A DNA stretch of 52,593 bases from an uncultured Christensenella sp. (GTDB taxonomy: Bacteria; Bacillota; Clostridia; Christensenellales; Aristaeellaceae): assembly GCA_964584685.1 (NCBI GenBank), contig CAZPBJ010000012.1, forward strand, positions 1 to 52,593, read 5' to 3'. The notes under the pieces are model-generated. The model searched no databases and had not been told where the DNA came from. It worked only from the letters and a program-made list of their open reading frames with translations. A program made the position numbers and the translations under genes. This document shows positions 1 through 9,244 of the stretch, piece after piece; position 1 is the stretch's first letter, and each line of letters starts with the position of its first letter.

Positions 1-36
1 AAATGACGCCAGTCACCCGCGAAGTTTGCATCCGTA

Positions 37-963
37 TTATTGATCGTCCCTTTCAACAAGGGTTCCGGCAAAGCCGCGCTCCGCTTTGGCGGCCTCAATG
101 TAGGCCAGCACATCCTCGCCGCTGCCGCGGAAGGGGCCCGGCGTCTCCATCTTGAGCGATACGAGCGCGGACGCGAAAGTCAGCGCCTCGGCGATGCCCT
201 GCGTCAGACGTTTTGTGATGTAGCCGGCAAAGCAGGTGTCTCCCCGCCCGGTGCGCCCCGAGAGGTTCCTGGGGATAAGGGGGCAAATGTAGAAATGCCG
301 CCCGTCATAAACAAGCGCTTCGGTATTGTGCGTGATCATGATTTCCTTGGCGCCCCAGCCGTACAGCAGCCGCGCCGCTTCCCTGCGGTCGCACAGGCCC
401 GTGAGGATCTCAGCCTCCGCGGCGTCCGTCTTCAAAAAATCGATGACCGGCAGATAACGCTCCTTCTCTTCCCAGTCAAAGAAAGCCATCTGTCCATCCT
501 GCAGGATATGGCGCAGAAGGCACTGAACGTCAACGGCCACCTTGCCCTTTGCGGCGGCAAAGCGGAAGAGCCCGCCCGAAAAGTCACCGTAGGTCAGCCC
601 GGCAAAGTGCCAGATGGCGGCGTCCACATCGGGCAGCTCTTCCTGCAAAAACGGGTCGCAGCGCCCCAGGGAGCGGCAAAGCCTGCGCTCCTTGTCGGGG
701 GTGAGGTAACGGTTCTCGATGGATGTCGTCTGCTTGCTCCGGGCATAAAAGACTTCGGCATTCAAGCCTTTGAACACGCCCAGCCCGTCCACTTCATCGG
801 GATTGAACTTGGTGAATATGGCGGTCCTGCTGCCGGTGTTGGCCGCCGCGAAGCCGCTGGCGACAACCGCGCCGCCGATCTCGCGCCGCTCTTCCCCCGT
901 ATGGTCGATGTTGCGGTCCAGCGAAAGCGGGCCGATGACGATGGTGTCAAAGCGCTGTTTCAT
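37..963 (-). CDS. PfkB-family carbohydrate kinase (ribokinase/fructokinase-like)
   Basis: 308-aa ORF with C-terminal GRGDTCFAGY-type PfkB signature and N-terminal glycine-rich sugar-binding region. Good SD (AAGGAG) 7 nt upstream of the ATG. Last gene of the minus-strand ABC importer cluster. Confidence 0.8.
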   Translation of the reverse strand: MKQRFDTIVIGPLSLDRNIDHTGEERREIGGAVVASGFAAANTGSRTAIFTKFNPDEVDGLGVFKGLNAEVFYARSKQTTSIENRYLTPDKERRLCRSLGRCDPFLQEELPDVDAAIWHFAGLTYGDFSGGLFRFAAAKGKVAVDVQCLLRHILQDGQMAFFDWEEKERYLPVIDFLKTDAAEAEILTGLCDRREAARLLYGWGAKEIMITHNTEALVYDGRHFYICPLIPRNLSGRTGRGDTCFAGYITKRLTQGIAEALTFASALVSLKMETPGPFRGSGEDVLAYIEAAKAERGFAGTLVERDDQ

Positions 964-994
964 AAAGAGCTCCTTGTCCTGAATGGCTGCGGGA

Positions 995-1882
995 TCACAG
1001 CTGTCCGTTCAATGCGCGCTTGTGGGATTTAAAGCTCTGGCGGATATAGCCATAAGCCAGCAGCAGGATGATGAGCGTCATCACGACAGACGCGGCCGAG
1101 CCATAACCCACCTTGAGCATGTTGACGCCGTTGTGGAAAATATACTGCGTGATCGTAGCGGTGGTGTTGGCCGGTCCGCCCTTGGTGAGGATATTGACCT
1201 TGTCAAACAGGCGGAAAGTGTCGATGACCCTCAGCAGCATCACCATGACGATGTTGCGGGAGATATTGGGCACGGTGACATAGCGGAACTGGGCCCACCT
1301 GCCGGCCCCGTCCATGCCCGCCGCCTCATACTGCCCCTGCGGGATGCCCTGCATGGCGGCGTAAAGCAGCAGGAAGGCAAAGGGCGTGTACTGCCAGATG
1401 TCGATGACCAGGATCGCGTAAAACGCCGTGCCGATATTCTGCAGCCAGTTGACGGGGCCGATGCCCATCACGCCCAGCAGGCTGTTGATCAGCCCGTTGT
1501 TGTTGGACAGCATGATCTGCCACACCAGCGCCACAGTGACGGGCGGCAGCAGGGTGGGCAGCAGGGTCAGGGTGCGCATCAGCTTTTGCCCGGTCCTGAC
1601 GCTCTTGACCAGGACGGATACCATCAGGCCAAACAGCACCTCAAAAAAGACGGCGAGCGCCGTGAACTTCAGCGTATTGAGCAGCGCCTGCCTGAAATAG
1701 GGATCGGCGAAAAGTTTCCTGTAGTTGTCAAGCCCGATGAACTTGGTCTTGTTCGGGTAGAGAAATTCAAAATTGGTCATGCTGTACCAGATGATGAAAA
1801 GCAGCGGAAAGACGCTCAGCACGGTGAGGACGAGCATCGCGGGCGAACTCATCATATAGGCGTACAGGCTGTTCTTCTTCAC
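995..1882 (-). CDS. sugar ABC transporter permease (MalF/UgpA-like)
   Basis: Multi-TM protein with ABC permease EAA-type loop. The ORF-track N-terminal 107 aa extension is Pro/Arg-rich junk. A GTG at 1882 sits 7 nt after a GGAGG SD, so the start is placed there. Confidence 0.75.
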   Translation of the reverse strand: MKKNSLYAYMMSSPAMLVLTVLSVFPLLFIIWYSMTNFEFLYPNKTKFIGLDNYRKLFADPYFRQALLNTLKFTALAVFFEVLFGLMVSVLVKSVRTGQKLMRTLTLLPTLLPPVTVALVWQIMLSNNNGLINSLLGVMGIGPVNWLQNIGTAFYAILVIDIWQYTPFAFLLLYAAMQGIPQGQYEAAGMDGAGRWAQFRYVTVPNISRNIVMVMLLRVIDTFRLFDKVNILTKGGPANTTATITQYIFHNGVNMLKVGYGSAASVVMTLIILLLAYGYIRQSFKSHKRALNGQL

Positions 1883-1961
1883 CGATATTCCTCCACGCTG
1901 CCAGGTTTGGGATTGCGGGGAGCCGGCCCAAGTCAGCCGGCCCCCCGGGTTTGGGACTTGA

Positions 1962-3173
1962 TTACTTGATGGCGCCTTCAATGGCGGCTTTGGCGTCCGC
2001 CAGCGCCTGGTCCACGGTCTTGATGCCCGTGATGGCGTTGGATAGCTCAATGCCAAAGATGTTCTCGATGTCGCCCCACTTGGGCGTGCGGGGGCGTTCG
2101 CGGGAATTTTCGGTAGCGTCAAGGAGCGTCGCGTAGAAAGGATACTTCTGTGACAGGTCGGCGTCCGTGAACACGCTGACGCGGGTAGGCACCGCGCCGA
2201 CATCGGCGGCAGCCTTTTGTGTGGCGGCGCTGGTCAGGTAGCTGAGTAGCTTGATGGCCAGGTCCTTGTTTTGCGTATTGGCGGGGACGCCCATCAGCCA
2301 GTTGCCGATAACGCCCGAGGGGAACTCCGCGGAATCGGGCGCCGCCTTGCCGGGGATCCTGGCGTAGCCTGCCGTGGACGCGCCTTTTACAATGTACCAG
2401 CTGGGCCAGCCCAGGCTCATGGCCGCGGCGCCGGTGGCCACGGACGACACGATGTCGTTCTTTTCAAAGTTCTTGCCGTTTGCCAGCAGCTCAATATAGA
2501 GCTTGAGCGCGGTCTTTGCTTCCTGGGAATCCACCAGCACTTGCCAGTTCGCGTCAAAGATATCACCGCCGTGCGCCCACAGGATGGGCAGGAAATCGCC
2601 CACGATGGGGTTGCCCTGCTGGCCGCGGATGACATAGCCGATCTTGCCGTCCTTGCCGTTGACTGCCTTGGCGATATCCAGCACTGCCTGCCAGGAGTCT
2701 GGCACCTGCGCGCCGGCTGCCTTGAGCACGGCATCGTTGTAGAACAGGAGCGTTACGTTGCCGGCGAAGGGAAGCGCGTAGGTGTCGCCGGTCCCGTAGG
2801 GTGATTTGCCAAGCGCCAGGGACGTCGCGACAAAGTCGGCGTCGTCGGTGTAACCGGCCTGGGTGAGGTTGAGCAGGAGGCCTGCCTCGGTCACCTCGGG
2901 CATCCAGGGATCGTCAAGCATCACGATGTCATAGGCGCCCTTGGCGTTGCGGCTGTCCAGTGCCATCTTCTGCTTGAGGTCCGGGTTTTCCAGCCCCAGC
3001 ACCTCAATGGTGCAGTTGTTCTCTTTTTCAAAGTCGGCCTTGACGGCGTTGATGACGTCAACATGCGAGCCGCCGCGGGCAGCGATGACGAGTTTGACCG
3101 GCTCTGCCGCGGCAAAGGCTGTCAGGGACAGTGTGAGAATGAGGACCAGGAGCAGGGCAATGGCTTTTTTCAT
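1962..3173 (-). CDS. extracellular solute-binding protein (family 1) of a sugar ABC importer
   Basis: 403 aa with signal peptide MKKAIALLLVLILTLSLTAFAAA. Family-1 SBP fold motifs (DIVMLDDPWMPE, LGWPSWY). SD AGGAAGGAA upstream. Confidence 0.85.
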   Translation of the reverse strand: MKKAIALLLVLILTLSLTAFAAAEPVKLVIAARGGSHVDVINAVKADFEKENNCTIEVLGLENPDLKQKMALDSRNAKGAYDIVMLDDPWMPEVTEAGLLLNLTQAGYTDDADFVATSLALGKSPYGTGDTYALPFAGNVTLLFYNDAVLKAAGAQVPDSWQAVLDIAKAVNGKDGKIGYVIRGQQGNPIVGDFLPILWAHGGDIFDANWQVLVDSQEAKTALKLYIELLANGKNFEKNDIVSSVATGAAAMSLGWPSWYIVKGASTAGYARIPGKAAPDSAEFPSGVIGNWLMGVPANTQNKDLAIKLLSYLTSAATQKAAADVGAVPTRVSVFTDADLSQKYPFYATLLDATENSRERPRTPKWGDIENIFGIELSNAITGIKTVDQALADAKAAIEGAIK

Positions 3174-3203
3174 GGTTGGTTCCTTCCTTTCTGAGTTGTC
3201 GAT

Positions 3204-4040
3204 TTATTCCTTTACCGCACCGCCGGACAAACCGACGATGAGAAAGTTCTGCGCGAACAGGACAAACAGCGTGATGGGCACAAGCGAAATCATGCCGCCT
3301 GCGGCGATATTCCCCCACTGGGTCAGTTCCTGTTCCGAATTCAGGGTGGAAAGCGCCAGGGGGATGGTGAACTGGGAAGGGCTCTGGACGAAGATCGCGG
3401 CGTAGAGGTATTCGTTCCAGCTGGTCATGAACGACAGAATGCTTACGGCGGTAAGCCCCGGCAGCACCTGGGGCAGCACGATCAGGGAGAACAGCTGATG
3501 CTCGGTGGCCCCGTCGACCGCCGCGCTCTCCTCAACTTCAAGGGGCAGCGCTTCAAAAAAAGTGATCATGAACCAAATAATAAAGGGGATGTTGATGAGC
3601 AGGTGCGAGAGGATCAGCGGGATCTTGGTCGACAGCAGCCCCGCGTCCGCCATGAGGATGTACAGGGGCAGCGCAAAGGCGATGGGCGGCAGGATGCGCA
3701 GCAGCAGCACCCAAAAGAGCATGCCGCCTTTCAACCTGAAGCGGAAACGCGCGCGTGCCAGGATGTAGGCGCAGCTCATCCCAAACAGCAGCGACGCCAG
3801 CAGGGATATCGCCGTGACCTGCAGGCTGTTGAGAATCGCCACATCAAACGCCTTGGTTTTGAACAGATCCGCAAAATGCTCAAGTGAAAAACTCCGCGGC
3901 AAAAGACCAAGCACACCAAATAGCTCCCCCTTGCCGCGGATGGCCAGGGACGCCATCCAGTAGATGGGGAACAGCGTCCACAGCATGAAAATGGCTGCCA
4001 GCAGCCTGCGGACGCCCTTTACGGCAAGACTTTCCCTCAT
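3204..4040 (-). CDS. sugar ABC transporter permease (MalG/UgpE-like)
   Basis: 6-TM permease with EAA loop (EESAAVDGATEHQLF). The ORF-track start is TTG at 4052. The ATG at 4040, preceded by a G-rich SD, is preferred. Confidence 0.8.
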   Translation of the reverse strand: MRESLAVKGVRRLLAAIFMLWTLFPIYWMASLAIRGKGELFGVLGLLPRSFSLEHFADLFKTKAFDVAILNSLQVTAISLLASLLFGMSCAYILARARFRFRLKGGMLFWVLLLRILPPIAFALPLYILMADAGLLSTKIPLILSHLLINIPFIIWFMITFFEALPLEVEESAAVDGATEHQLFSLIVLPQVLPGLTAVSILSFMTSWNEYLYAAIFVQSPSQFTIPLALSTLNSEQELTQWGNIAAGGMISLVPITLFVLFAQNFLIVGLSGGAVKE

Positions 4041-4202
4041 CCCTACCCCCAATAGCGTGTCAGCAGGTATACAAATTCAAAACTAGTTCTTCCTGATGAT
4101 ACTACGTGCCATTGCCGCTGTCAATTCTTGCGGCCATGCAAAACAAGACAGCGGACGCCCGGCCCGCAGGGCATGACATTAAAGCCCCTGCGTCATTGGC
4201 CG

Positions 4203-5072
4203 TCAAAGGAAAGGCTTTTTGATGTTGCTTGCGCACAGGCCGCCGTATGCCGTTATGAGGTCATGGATATTGTCCAGTGCGCGCACGACGCGCGCGTCGC
4301 TTTCCAGGCCAAGGCGCAAAAGAAGTGTGAGGCACACCGATGTCTGGATGACGGCAAGCGTGCGGAAGCAAACGGCCCTGGGGATCCATTGCGGCCGCAG
4401 CCTTAACGCGGTGTCAAATTCGGCGTACCGGTCTTCGCTTGTAAACATGCCGTGGCCGGTAAGGCCGTAAGCTGCCTTGGTGTGCATGCCCTGCAAATCG
4501 TCATGAAAGTTTGCAAACAGGAAGCCACTACCCCGCCGCACCGCCGCGTCCTGCGGGTCCGCGCCCAAGTCAAGCAGCGTTTCCATCTGTACGGCAGTCC
4601 CGATGACCGTAGCGTCCCATGAACCGTTCTCTGCCTGCTTATCCTTGATTTCCCGCAGCATTTGGGCTATCGCCCCGCTGTCCCTTTCCCCCGGCTTGTT
4701 ATAGATATGCCTCCTGATGAGAAGGGCGTATAGATCCGCGCTGCCCTCAAGGGCGCCCAGGGGGTCATATTTCAGGATCTCACCAATCTCCCCCGCGCCG
4801 GTATGCTTGATGGCAGACAGAATGTCGTAGGTTATCCGCTGAGAGCGGGCCCACAGGCCATCCTTGCGCTGCCCGCTCAGGACAGCGGCCAACCCGGGCG
4901 TCAGCAGCCGCCCGGCGACGGACGCAGGCAGTTTGCGCAGCAGGTAATAGCTTCCGGTGCGCATAACAGCTTCAAGCGCGGGCTTGAACTGCCCGTAAAG
5001 CTCTTCCGTGCGGCCCCCGTATCTTTGGGACGCCATGAGCGGGATAAGGCCCGCAACATTGCACCTGAGCAT
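4203..5072 (-). CDS. hypothetical protein with prenyltransferase/terpene-cyclase-like QxxDGxW repeats
   Basis: Contains QRKDGLW and QAENGSWD motifs typical of alpha-alpha toroid repeat proteins. The second ATG (MLRCNVAGL) is preceded by GGAGTGAAGGGG, so it is used as the start. Confidence 0.45.
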   Translation of the reverse strand: MLRCNVAGLIPLMASQRYGGRTEELYGQFKPALEAVMRTGSYYLLRKLPASVAGRLLTPGLAAVLSGQRKDGLWARSQRITYDILSAIKHTGAGEIGEILKYDPLGALEGSADLYALLIRRHIYNKPGERDSGAIAQMLREIKDKQAENGSWDATVIGTAVQMETLLDLGADPQDAAVRRGSGFLFANFHDDLQGMHTKAAYGLTGHGMFTSEDRYAEFDTALRLRPQWIPRAVCFRTLAVIQTSVCLTLLLRLGLESDARVVRALDNIHDLITAYGGLCASNIKKPFL

Positions 5073-5470
5073 CCCCTTCACTCCTTGCCCGGTATCATCA
5101 GGTACCATAAATAAAGACTATTGGTCTTTGACAGGATGAATTTACCACGTGCGCGGCATAGGGGTCAAGCGTCCCGAACAGCCACCCGGTTTTGAATGCC
5201 TGCCCGCGCCTTTTCAGCACAATGCCCGGCTGGATATTTACCCCTTGACAAATTGCCCGCCATGAGCGATGATTGTATCAGATAAAACGATTTAGTTGCC
5301 AAGGAATATAAATTCGCCTGACTTCAACCTGTTGATAAATCAGAAACCGGGAAATAAAAAGACCGATCAGCGGCGTAAGAAAGGAGGAAACCCCTATTCT
5401 TGACAAGATTCGTCAAAAATGGCCGGGTCTCCTTCTTCTTGCCCTGGCAGCAACGGCGCTTGCGCTTTGG

Positions 5471-8311
5471 GTGACGCTCTCGGGCGGCTCGGGTGATTTC
5501 AAGGTAAAGTATATAGGGGCGGATATTGACCTATCAGCCGCGGGCATCGGGCGAAAGGATACCTACGCGCTGTACAGGTCTTCCCATGCGGGCAAACCGG
5601 CCGCCTCTGAGGAAGTCGAGCTTCCCCTCCTGTCTTTCAAGGCCGGCTCGGGGGCTTATGTCCAAGACGACGGCAAAACGCTGATGACCGATGAAGGCTC
5701 AAAAGTCAGCTGGGCCTTTGACCTGAAACAGGGCGGCATGTACCGGATACGCATGGAATACCTGACAACGCCCGCAAGGGGCGTGGATATTGAACGCGCG
5801 CTGTACATCAACGGGAAGATCCCCTTCCTGGGCGCGGACACACTGCTGTTCCCGCGCATGTGGACAGACGCCGGCGAGCCGCGCATAGACAACCGGGGCA
5901 ACCAGATCAGGCCCGCGCAGGTTGAAGTGTTCGGCTGGCAGGCCGCTTTTTTCAAAGACGCGCTGGGGTATGAAGCCCTCCCCTACGAGTTTTATCTGCC
6001 GGCCGGCCCAAATACCATCGCCCTGGAAGCGATGAACGAACCGGCTGTCCTGCGCGCGCTGACGCTATGCCCGCTGGCCGACGCGCCGGACTACGCGGCG
6101 TACCGCGCCGCCGCGCAGCAATTGTCACAGCAAATCAGCGCGCAAAACGTCCTGCTGACGATCCCCGGCGAGGCGGCAACCCTGCGTTCCGGCCCCTCGC
6201 TGTACGCGCGCTACGACCGCTCTTCCCCCGCCACGCAGCCTTCCGACTTGAGCCGGGTGGTGCTCAATTACATCGGCGGGGACGCCTGGCGCACGCCGGG
6301 CCAGTGGATTCAGTGGGACATTGACATCCCACACGACGGCTTTTACCGCGTCAGCATCAAAGGCCGCCAGCGTTACCAAAGGGGCAGCATATCCTCCCGG
6401 GCGCTGTATATTGACGGGGAGCTGCCTTTTGCGCAGATGGGCGAGATACCCTTCAGCTACAGCAATTATTGGCTGATGAACACGCTGGGCGATGCAAATG
6501 GGGAGGATTACCAGTTTTACCTTAGCGCGGGCAGGCATACCCTGCGGCTGGAGGCGACCCTGGGCGGCATGGGCGCGATCCTCACACAATTGGATGACAG
6601 CGTGTTCAGGCTCAACCAGATATACCGCAAGATCCTGGTGCTGACAGGCGTAAACCCGGATACGTTCAGGGACTACAACCTCCACCAGGTATACCCCGAG
6701 GTCATCCGGGCGATGGCGCAGGAGAGCAGGAAGCTCTATAGGATCGTGGATGAAGCCACTGCCTACACCGGTCAAAAGTCAGACAAGATCGCCGCCGCCC
6801 AGACACTGGCGACCCAGCTTGAGATGTTCGCGCAGGACCCCTACAGGATCACCGCCTCCTTTGCGAACTTCAAGGACAACATCACCTCCCTGGGCACCGC
6901 GATGCAGGCCATGGGCGAGATCAAGCTGGATGTGGACAGCATCACCATCTCAGGCTTGAAAACCGAGCCTGAGAAGCCAAGGGAGAACGCGTTTACAGGC
7001 CTTTGGCATGAGATCAAATCCACAGCGACCTCCTATTTTGTGGACTATGATGCCCTGGGGGATGTATTCGCGGGGGCGGAAGCGCTGGACGTCTGGATCC
7101 TGACGGGCCGTGACCAGTCCATGGTGCTCAAGACCATGGTGGACGACACCTTCACGCCTGATACCGGTATCAAGGTCAATATCAAGCTGGTCGACCCCAC
7201 AGCCCTGCTTGGCGCTGTGGTTGCGGGCAACGGGCCTGACCTGGTCGTATCCACCGATTCCTGGAACCCGGTCAACTACGCGCTGCGAAACGCCGCGGAG
7301 GACCTGAAGCAGTTCCCTGATTTTGACGGCGTCATCTCGCAGTTTCGCCCCAGCGCCTACGCAGCGCTCAGCTGGGAGGGCGGGGTATACGCCCTGCCTG
7401 AGACGCAGGTCATCAGTGTCCTTTTTTACCGCAGGGACATCCTGGATGAGTACGGGCTTGAAGTCCCCCACACCTGGGATGAGGTGATCGCCCTGCTGCC
7501 GACCATCCAGGGCAACAACATGTCCATTGGCATCCCCTACCCCACCATCACAGCACCCAACCAGTTCACGCTTTATTCCCTCATCCGCCAGTATGGCGGA
7601 AGGATCTACGACGAAGCCGCGACCAGGACCCTGATCAACGAGGAGGCCGCAGTACAGGCTTTTGACTTTTATACCTCCCTGTACACGGATTACGGACTGC
7701 CCAAGGAATTCGACTTCATCAGCCGTTTTCGCTCGGGCGAGATGCCGCTGGGCATCTCGGAGTTCACAACATTTAACGCGCTTGCGGTCTCAGCGCCGGA
7801 AATCCGGGGGTTGTGGGATTTCACCTTCATACCCGGCACCCCGGCTGAAAACGCGCAGGGCGGTGCGCGCATCGACCGTTCCGTGCATTCGCAAGGCAGC
7901 AGCTGCATGATGATCGCATCCGACAGCGATGCAAGAAAGCAGCAAAGCTGGGCGTTTATGAAATGGTGGGTGAGCAAGGACACCCAGGTCCGCTTCGGGC
8001 GGGAGATCGAGGCGGTGCTTGGCTCCTCCACCCGCTATCCGACTGCCAACACGCAGGCGCTGCGCGAACTGTCATGGAGCGCCGCGCAGCTCAAGGTGCT
8101 GGAAGAGGCGATGAAGGAAGCGGTCGGCTTCAGGGAGATCGCCGGCGGCTACTTCACAGGGCGCAACATCACCAACGCCGTGCGCAAGGTTATCAATGAA
8201 AAAGTGGACCCGCGCGAGACCATCCTTGATTACGCACGCCTGATCGACAGGGAAATCCAAAAGAAGCGTCTGGAGTTCGGGCTGAGCCCAGGCAAAGGAG
8301 CGCCGCAATGA
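5471..8311 (+). CDS. large (946 aa) extracellular solute-binding protein with N-terminal tandem CBM-like beta-sandwich repeats
   Basis: C-terminal ~550 aa is a family-1 SBP (LplA-type). Residues ~60-380 contain two ~140-aa repeats (YRIRMEYLT..ALYINGKIPF..YEFYLPAGPNTIALEA and YRVSIKGRQ..ALYIDGELPF..YQFYLSAGRHTLRLEA) with a CBM6/35-like pattern. The first canonical start is GTG 5471. The true N-terminus probably lies upstream (see finding). Confidence 0.75.
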   Translation: MTLSGGSGDFKVKYIGADIDLSAAGIGRKDTYALYRSSHAGKPAASEEVELPLLSFKAGSGAYVQDDGKTLMTDEGSKVSWAFDLKQGGMYRIRMEYLTTPARGVDIERALYINGKIPFLGADTLLFPRMWTDAGEPRIDNRGNQIRPAQVEVFGWQAAFFKDALGYEALPYEFYLPAGPNTIALEAMNEPAVLRALTLCPLADAPDYAAYRAAAQQLSQQISAQNVLLTIPGEAATLRSGPSLYARYDRSSPATQPSDLSRVVLNYIGGDAWRTPGQWIQWDIDIPHDGFYRVSIKGRQRYQRGSISSRALYIDGELPFAQMGEIPFSYSNYWLMNTLGDANGEDYQFYLSAGRHTLRLEATLGGMGAILTQLDDSVFRLNQIYRKILVLTGVNPDTFRDYNLHQVYPEVIRAMAQESRKLYRIVDEATAYTGQKSDKIAAAQTLATQLEMFAQDPYRITASFANFKDNITSLGTAMQAMGEIKLDVDSITISGLKTEPEKPRENAFTGLWHEIKSTATSYFVDYDALGDVFAGAEALDVWILTGRDQSMVLKTMVDDTFTPDTGIKVNIKLVDPTALLGAVVAGNGPDLVVSTDSWNPVNYALRNAAEDLKQFPDFDGVISQFRPSAYAALSWEGGVYALPETQVISVLFYRRDILDEYGLEVPHTWDEVIALLPTIQGNNMSIGIPYPTITAPNQFTLYSLIRQYGGRIYDEAATRTLINEEAAVQAFDFYTSLYTDYGLPKEFDFISRFRSGEMPLGISEFTTFNALAVSAPEIRGLWDFTFIPGTPAENAQGGARIDRSVHSQGSSCMMIASDSDARKQQSWAFMKWWVSKDTQVRFGREIEAVLGSSTRYPTANTQALRELSWSAAQLKVLEEAMKEAVGFREIAGGYFTGRNITNAVRKVINEKVDPRETILDYARLIDREIQKKRLEFGLSPGKGAPQ

Positions 8312-9243
8312 GCACCCTGCAAAAATACGCGGACCTTCGCAGGCGCAGTATGTCCGTGATGATGTACAAAGCCAAACAGATGCGTGTCTGTTACCTGTTC
8401 CTGCTGCCTTTTGCAGTGCTGTTCATCACGTTTTATATCCTGCCCATGATCACGTCCATCCGCTACAGCTTCACCTACTACAACATCCTGGAGCCCCCGC
8501 GCTACATCGGCCTGGCCAACTACATCAACCTGATCCTGCAGGACGATATCTTCCTGATCGCCGTCAAGAACACCTTCATCATCGCCGTCATCACGGGGCC
8601 CATCGGCTATATCCTGTCCTTCATGTTCGCCTGGTTCATCAACGAACTGCCCCGCAGGCTGAGCACGCTTGCCGTGGTGGTTTTCTACGCGCCTTCCATT
8701 GCGGGGAACGCCTATTTTATCTTCTCAGTCATCTTCAGGGGCGATGTATACGGCTACCTGAATGCCTTCCTTGTGCGTATGGGCATCATCAACGCGCCTA
8801 TCCTGTGGCTGACGGACCCCAAATATATGATGCCGGTGGTGGTCCTGGTGCTGCTGTGGATGAGCATGGGCACGGGCTTCCTTGCCTTTGTGGCCGGCCT
8901 GAAGGGCGTGGACAAGGCGCAGTATGAAGCCGGATATGTTGACGGCGTGCGCAACCGCTGGCAGGAACTCTATTACATCACATTGCCCAACATGCGTCCC
9001 ATGCTGCTGTTTGGCGCGGTCATGTCCATCACGGCGGCGTTTTCTGTCGCGGACCAGACGATGGCGCTGTGCGGCTATCCGTCCACGGATTATGCCGCCC
9101 ATACGGTCGTGACCCATTTGTTTGACTATGGATACACGCGCTTTGACATGGGCTATGCCTCTGCCATCGCCACCCTGCTGTTCCTCACAATGATCCTGAC
9201 CAACAGGGCCATCCAAGGCATGCTGAAAAGGCTGGGCACCTGA
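8308..9243 (+). CDS. sugar ABC transporter permease (LplB/MalF-like)
   Basis: 311 aa, multi-TM, permease signature. The ATG overlaps the upstream stop (ATGA). Confidence 0.85.
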   Translation: MSTLQKYADLRRRSMSVMMYKAKQMRVCYLFLLPFAVLFITFYILPMITSIRYSFTYYNILEPPRYIGLANYINLILQDDIFLIAVKNTFIIAVITGPIGYILSFMFAWFINELPRRLSTLAVVVFYAPSIAGNAYFIFSVIFRGDVYGYLNAFLVRMGIINAPILWLTDPKYMMPVVVLVLLWMSMGTGFLAFVAGLKGVDKAQYEAGYVDGVRNRWQELYYITLPNMRPMLLFGAVMSITAAFSVADQTMALCGYPSTDYAAHTVVTHLFDYGYTRFDMGYASAIATLLFLTMILTNRAIQGMLKRLGT

Positions 9244-9244
9244 T

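Noticed and set aside
1883-2203. N-terminal 107-aa extension of ORF 995-2203
   Set aside because: A Pro/Arg/Ser-rich non-hydrophobic extension overlapping the SBP gene end. The GTG at 1882 with GGAGG at 7-nt spacing gives a normal-length permease.
5245-5274. TTGACA at 5245 as promoter of the 9-gene operon
   Set aside because: A good -35 hexamer, but no acceptable -10 at 16-19 nt spacing (GATGAT/ATGATT). It is not reported as a feature. An alternative TTGATA-17-TAAAAA at 5331-5359 is equally weak.
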